A stretch of 64,000 nucleotides of DNA from Squalus acanthias (lineage: Eukaryota). Under the pieces are notes generated by a model. The model was not told where the DNA came from and searched no databases. It saw nothing but the letters and a program-made list of their open reading frames with translations. The DNA lies in contig CM059431.1 of assembly GCA_030390025.1 (NCBI GenBank), positions 127,412,001 to 127,476,000 on the forward strand, read 5' to 3'. The translations under genes were made by a program, and so were the position numbers. Positions 63,825 to 64,000 of the stretch are shown here, piece by piece. Positions within the stretch are counted from its first letter, which is position 1; the number at the start of each line of letters is the position of its first letter.

Positions 63825-64000
63825 TCACGTTCTGTATCGTGACATGAACCCGATATCGCGATTGAGGCCATCCTCATGAGTGCGGAACTTGGCTATCAGT
63901 TTCTGCTCTATGATTTTGCGCTGTCGTGTATCTCGAAGGCCGCCTTGGAGAACGCTTACCCGCAGATCCGAGGCTGAATGCCCCTGGCTGCTGAAGTGTT
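63825..64000 (-). CDS. Penelope ORF C-terminus (GIY-YIG endonuclease region), partial
   Basis: Open frame HFSSQGHSASDLRVSVLQGGLRDTRQRKIIEQKLIAKFRTHEDGLNRDIGFMSRYRT*; CpG-rich. Confidence 0.8.
   Translation of the reverse strand, partial: HFSSQGHSASDLRVSVLQGGLRDTRQRKIIEQKLIAKFRTHEDGLNRDIGFMSRYRT

Larger units (their letters stand above)
63457..64000 (-). mobile_element. Penelope-like element 3' end (continues beyond window)
   Basis: ORF C-terminus, 3' region with hammerhead-like motif and AATAAA; terminus matches the 29243 insert. Confidence 0.85.

Overview
A 64-kb, AT-rich, non-genic vertebrate window; the repeat complement (DeuSINE/SacSINE1-like SINEs, two CR1 families, Vingi, Penelope, many PIF/Harbinger families) suggests a cartilaginous fish (inference). 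No host exon could be supported. It is dominated by PIF/Harbinger DNA transposons. The centrepiece is a 4.2-kb near-autonomous element (21106-25308, TAA target duplication) with an uninterrupted 386-aa DDE transposase and a convergent 3-exon Myb/SANT gene with three lesions. Four ~890-bp MITEs of that family are also present, with a deletion junction a few codons after both start codons. Other content: a second decayed full-length Harbinger (8715-12940), several derivatives that kept Myb and lost the transposase core, extensive nesting, a 1.55-kb minisatellite grown from a transposase acidic tail, and a young Penelope 3' end with a hammerhead-like motif. All calls are by eye; no database search was run.
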